DNA of 27,519 nucleotides from Acidimicrobiia bacterium (GTDB lineage Bacteria; Actinomycetota; Acidimicrobiia; Acidimicrobiales; CAIXPF01): NCBI GenBank assembly GCA_034667945.1, contig JAXDQG010000535.1, positions 1 to 27,519 of the forward strand, read 5' to 3'. Shown piece by piece: positions 23,939 to 27,519 of this stretch (position 1 is its first letter; each line of letters starts with the position of its first letter). The notes under the pieces were generated by a model. It saw only the letters and a program-made list of their open reading frames with translations, ran no database searches and was not told where the DNA came from. The position numbers and the translations under genes were made by a program.

Positions 23939-26086
23939 TCATCGGAGCAGTTCCACGACGTTGCGCACCAGCCGAAGTCCGGCCGCGTCTGTCAGCGACA
24001 TGATCGATTCCGGGTGGAACTGCACGGCGGCCACGGGCAGGCTCTCGTGCTCGATGGCCATGATGACGCCGTCGCGGCTGCGGGCGGTCACGCGGAGGCA
24101 CGGGGGCAGCACGTCGTCCAAGGCGAACAGCGAGTGATAGCGCCCGGCGAGGAACTCGTCGGGCAAGCCCTGGAACACTCGACCTTCCGGGGCCTCCAAG
24201 CAGATGGTGGACGATTTGCCGTGCATGGGGTAGTCGAGCTGCCCGAGCCGGCCGCCGAAGTACTCGACGATCCCCTGGAGGCCGAGGCACACCCCGAAGA
24301 CCGCCTTGCCGGCGCCCAGCGCCGCCTCGATGGTCGCGCTCATGTCGAACTCCTCGGGCCGACCGGGCCCGGGCGACAACAGGACCAGGTCGCCAGGGGC
24401 CTCGGCCAGCTCCTCGGGTCCGAACGATCCTGCACGCCACGTCGTCAGCTCGGTCCCCACGCAGCGGAAGTAGTTGGCCAGGGTGTGCACGAAGCTGTCC
24501 CGATGGTCGATCAGTACCGCCCGGCGGTTGGCCGCCACCGCCCGCAGCGATGCCGCCTCCTCGCGTTCGGGGGACGGATTCCGGACCACGTCGAGGAAGG
24601 CCGAGGCCTTCAGCTCGGTCTCTTCCTCTTCCGCCTTCGGGTCCGAGTCAAAGAGGAGGGTGGCGCCCACCCGGACCTCGGCCATGCCGTCCTTTACCCG
24701 GATGGTCCGCAGCGTGAGGCCGGTGTTCATGTCGCCGTCGAAGGCGATCATGCCGACCGCGCCCCCGTACCACGCCCGGGCCGACCGCTCGTGGCACTCG
24801 ATGAAGGCCATGGCCGGCAGCTTCGGGGCACCGGTCACCGTGACCGCCCAGGTGTGGGTCAGGAAGGCGTCGAGGCAGTCCAATCCCTCGCGCAGCCGTC
24901 CCTCCACGTGGTCGACGGTGTGGATCAGCCGCGAGTACATCTCGATCTGGCGACGACCGATCACCTGGACCGAGCCGGGCTTGCACACCCGTGACTTGTC
25001 GTTGCGGTCGACATCGGTGCACATGGTCAGCTCCGACGCGTCCTTCTCGGAGTTGAGCAGCGCCAGGATCTGCTGCGCATCGGACATCGGATCGTTGCCT
25101 CGGGCGATGGTGCCCGAGATCGGACAGGTCTCCACCCGGTCCTCGTCCACCCGCACGTACATCTCCGGCGAGGCGCCGACCAGGTATTCGGCCTGGCCGA
25201 GATTGATGAGGAAGCCGTAGGGCGAAGGGTTGCGCTCCTTCAGCCGGGCGAACAGCTCGGAGGGCGGAGCGGGGCACGACTCGATGAACATCTGCCCGGG
25301 GACCACTTCGAACAGGTCGCCGCGAGCGAAGTAGGCCTTGGCCTTCTCGACGAGTTGGGCGTACTCGCCGGGCTCGTGGTCGCAGGTCCGAACCCCCGAG
25401 CTGTCACCTTTGTAGGGCGACGCTTCGGTCGCCCGGGAGAGCCCCGCGGTGGTGAGCCGGTCGATCTGGAACTCGTAGCGGAAGCGCTCGGCCCGGCTGC
25501 GCTGGTGGTCGACCACCAAGACCTCGTCGGGCAGGTAAAGAACCAGGTCACGCTGGTCTTCGGGCCGGTCCAGCCGCAATGGCAGCGGTTCGAACTGGAA
25601 GGCCAGGTCGTAGCCGAAGGCGCCGTAGAGGCCGAGGTGGCCGTCCTCGGACGAGCCGAACAGCCGCATGAGCTCGCGCACCACCGAGAACACGGACGGT
25701 TGGCGCGACCGCTCTTCCTCCTCGAAGCGGCGGGCGGGGGCGGCGATCACGCCGTCGACCCGCTCCGATTCGACAGCCAGGTCTTCCACCGCGTCGAGGC
25801 GGCGCAGCCCGGGGACGATGCCACCGAGCAGCAGACGGCCCCGGTCGTTGAGCGGCTCGAGGCTGAACTGACGGCCGGTGGCGGTGAGCACGAGGGGCGG
25901 GTCGACGAACCCCATGTCCCAGCGGGTGTAACGGCCCGGGTACTCGTAGCTCGATGAGTAGAGCGCGCCGCGCCGTTCGTCGAGCGCTTCGATCAGCGCC
26001 GGGATGTCAATGGACGCGTCGGCCGCCGCGACGGCGCGGTGAACGGTGATCCCCCCGCCGGTCCGGTAGGTGATGGTCTCGCTCAT
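23939..26086 (-). CDS. trpE: Fused anthranilate synthase TrpE(G) (component I plus glutamine amidotransferase)
   Basis: SSYEYPGRYTRWD, FEVVPGQ, NPSPY, GASPEMYVRV, TCPISGT, ELTMCTDVDRND, VTVTGAPK; C-terminal GATase with SPGPG, GVCLG, RYHSL, QFHPES. Confidence 0.95.
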   Translation of the reverse strand: MSETITYRTGGGITVHRAVAAADASIDIPALIEALDERRGALYSSSYEYPGRYTRWDMGFVDPPLVLTATGRQFSLEPLNDRGRLLLGGIVPGLRRLDAVEDLAVESERVDGVIAAPARRFEEEERSRQPSVFSVVRELMRLFGSSEDGHLGLYGAFGYDLAFQFEPLPLRLDRPEDQRDLVLYLPDEVLVVDHQRSRAERFRYEFQIDRLTTAGLSRATEASPYKGDSSGVRTCDHEPGEYAQLVEKAKAYFARGDLFEVVPGQMFIESCPAPPSELFARLKERNPSPYGFLINLGQAEYLVGASPEMYVRVDEDRVETCPISGTIARGNDPMSDAQQILALLNSEKDASELTMCTDVDRNDKSRVCKPGSVQVIGRRQIEMYSRLIHTVDHVEGRLREGLDCLDAFLTHTWAVTVTGAPKLPAMAFIECHERSARAWYGGAVGMIAFDGDMNTGLTLRTIRVKDGMAEVRVGATLLFDSDPKAEEEETELKASAFLDVVRNPSPEREEAASLRAVAANRRAVLIDHRDSFVHTLANYFRCVGTELTTWRAGSFGPEELAEAPGDLVLLSPGPGRPEEFDMSATIEAALGAGKAVFGVCLGLQGIVEYFGGRLGQLDYPMHGKSSTICLEAPEGRVFQGLPDEFLAGRYHSLFALDDVLPPCLRVTARSRDGVIMAIEHESLPVAAVQFHPESIMSLTDAAGLRLVRNVVELLR

Positions 26087-26121
26087 GTCTCCCCGATCAT
26101 CGGCCTCGACCGGGGCTTCGG

Positions 26122-26154
26122 AAAAACCGAAAAGCCGCCCCGATCGAGGCGGCT
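26122..26154 (-). terminator. Intrinsic terminator of the trp attenuator
   Basis: AGCCGCC-tcgatcgg-GGCGGCT followed by TTTCGGTTTTT, ending 36 nt upstream of the trpE(G) ATG. Confidence 0.85.
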
Positions 26155-26183
26155 CCGTCCGTACGCGTGCGTCAGAGGCCGCC

Positions 26184-26231
26184 TCAGCTCAGCGACCACC
26201 ACCAGCTGTTCACGGACCCCGGTGCGTGCAC
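26184..26231 (-). CDS. trpL: Trp attenuator leader peptide MHAPGSVNSWWWSLS (or MNSWWWSLS from GTG 26213)
   Basis: Three consecutive TGG codons in a short ORF directly upstream of antiterminator/terminator hairpins and trpE(G). Confidence 0.85.
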   Translation of the reverse strand: MHAPGSVNSWWWSLS

Positions 26232-26369
26232 GTCCGGTACTCAAGCAGACCAGCGGTAGGCGCGCAAGCGCACACGGCTGCATCGAGGCCTTTGAATCGA
26301 GTCCTTTGAACAGCACACTCGCCAGTCATGGAGCCCGGATAGGCCGTCCCGGTGCGCGAGCATGGCCAA

Positions 26370-27269
26370 ATGGATGTCACCGCCGATTACGTCGCTCTTC
26401 GCCGCGAGGTGGGCGCCACCGAGGTGCCCCGGGACGCGGTCCGGGTGGCGGGCCCGGACACCATTAGCTACCTGCAGGGACAGCTGTCGCAGGACATCCT
26501 GCCGCTCGCCGTGGGTGGCTCGGCGTGGTCGCTCCTCCTCCAGCCGCAGGGCAAGCTCGACGCCTGGGTGCGGGTCAGCCGCCTGGCGGACGACGAGGTC
26601 GTGCTCGACATCGACGGCGGCTGGGGCGAGGCGGTCGTCGCGCGGCTCAATCGCTTCAAGCTGCGCACGAAGTGCGAGATCGAGCAGCTCGGGGGCTGGC
26701 GCTGCATCGCCGTGCGGGGCCCCGGCACGCCGGCGGTCGCCGTGAACAACTCGGGCGCCTTGGTGGTGGCGGATGCGGGCTGGCCCCACCTGCCTGGTAT
26801 CGACCTGCTCGGTCCGGACGTCGCGCTGCCGGTGGGCGTGCGTGCCTGCGGACGCGAGGCCTACGAGAGCGTGCGCATCGAATGCGGCGTACCGGCCATG
26901 GGAAGCGAGCTCGACACGTCCACCATCCCGGCCGAGGCGGGCATCGTGGAGCGCTCGGTGAGCTTCACCAAGGGCTGTTACACCGGTCAGGAGCTGGTGG
27001 CCCGCATCGATTCCCGGGGCAGCAACGTCCCCCGCCACCTGCGGGGAGTGGTGATCGGCACCAATGTGCTGCCCCCGGCCGGTGCGACCGTGCACCTGGC
27101 CGATGGCACGGAGGTCGGCCGGCTCACCAGCGTCGGGGAGTCACTCGACCTGCGGGCTCCAGTGGCGCTCGCCTCTGTCAAGCGGGTGGTCACACCGCCC
27201 GCCGATGTCATCGTCCGGTGGGAGGAAACGCAGGTTCCGGCGCAGGTGAGGTCGCTGCCGCTGTTGTAG
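26370..27269 (+). CDS. ygfZ: YgfZ/GcvT-like folate-binding protein
   Basis: YLQGQLSQD, LLQPQGK, SFTKGCYTGQELVAR signature; ATG 26370 (track start GTG 26352). Confidence 0.88.
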   Translation: MDVTADYVALRREVGATEVPRDAVRVAGPDTISYLQGQLSQDILPLAVGGSAWSLLLQPQGKLDAWVRVSRLADDEVVLDIDGGWGEAVVARLNRFKLRTKCEIEQLGGWRCIAVRGPGTPAVAVNNSGALVVADAGWPHLPGIDLLGPDVALPVGVRACGREAYESVRIECGVPAMGSELDTSTIPAEAGIVERSVSFTKGCYTGQELVARIDSRGSNVPRHLRGVVIGTNVLPPAGATVHLADGTEVGRLTSVGESLDLRAPVALASVKRVVTPPADVIVRWEETQVPAQVRSLPLL

Positions 27270-27519
27270 CCGCCGGGGCACCTGCGCTCTCACCATCTCT
27301 GGCGGGGCCGGACAGCGGCAGCCAGACGACCATCCGCGTCCCGCGGGGCTCGGCCGACCGAGCCTCGACGGTTCCTCCCAATGCAGTGACCAGCTCACGC
27401 ACGATGGCCAGGCCCAGACCCGAGCCGGTCTCCGTCCTCGTCGGCCTCGTGCTGGAGACGTACAGCCGCTCGAAGACGTGAGGCGCGTCCTCGGGGGCGA
27501 TGCCTGGGCCGTCGTCGGT
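27208..27519 (-). CDS. Sensor histidine kinase, C-terminal HATPase_c part (5' end outside the window)
   Basis: TDDGPGIAPED, VFERLY, GSGLGLAIV, LGGTV, GTRMVVWLP (G1, F and G2 boxes). Confidence 0.9.
   Translation of the reverse strand, partial: TDDGPGIAPEDAPHVFERLYVSSTRPTRTETGSGLGLAIVRELVTALGGTVEARSAEPRGTRMVVWLPLSGPARDGESAGAPAATTAAATSPAPEPAFPPTGR

Noticed and set aside
4043-25957. Long alternative ORFs such as 4043..5410, 8287..9717, 10429..11697, 16940..18094, 17080..18246, 21686..22504, 24014..24994 and 25355..25957
   Set aside because: They overlap well-supported genes, lack motifs, and are expected in high-GC DNA.

Overview
High-GC window (roughly 70% by eye) from an actinomycete. Mycothiol synthase, leaderless-type promoters and the hypothetical proteins suggest Acidimicrobiia, but this is inference. 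It is mostly core metabolism: menD/menF/menG, an acyl-CoA synthetase, a fasciclin lipoprotein, a nucleotidyltransferase, rlmN-mshD, nth, hisD-C-B-H-A plus a detached hisF, an alpha/beta hydrolase, a solo GroES-like gene, a fused trpE(G) with a complete Trp attenuator, ygfZ and a partial histidine kinase. No transposase, integrase, CRISPR array, tRNA or rRNA was seen. The most unusual items are: (1) a roof-less GroES paralog ending in a proteasome-activator-like HbYX tail (GLYI); (2) two NYN/PIN RNase paralogs, one with an OST-HTH/LOTUS-like domain and acidic repeat tail (absent from the ORF track because it runs off the left edge) and one apparently catalytically degenerate; (3) a ~230-nt multi-hairpin sRNA candidate with C-rich loops after nth; (4) an unexplained ~800-bp intergenic region with a repeated 17-bp dyad and an SD-sequestered small ORF; (5) a degenerate SMC/Rad50-like membrane protein splitting the his operon. 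All calls are motif recognition by eye; no database searches were run.
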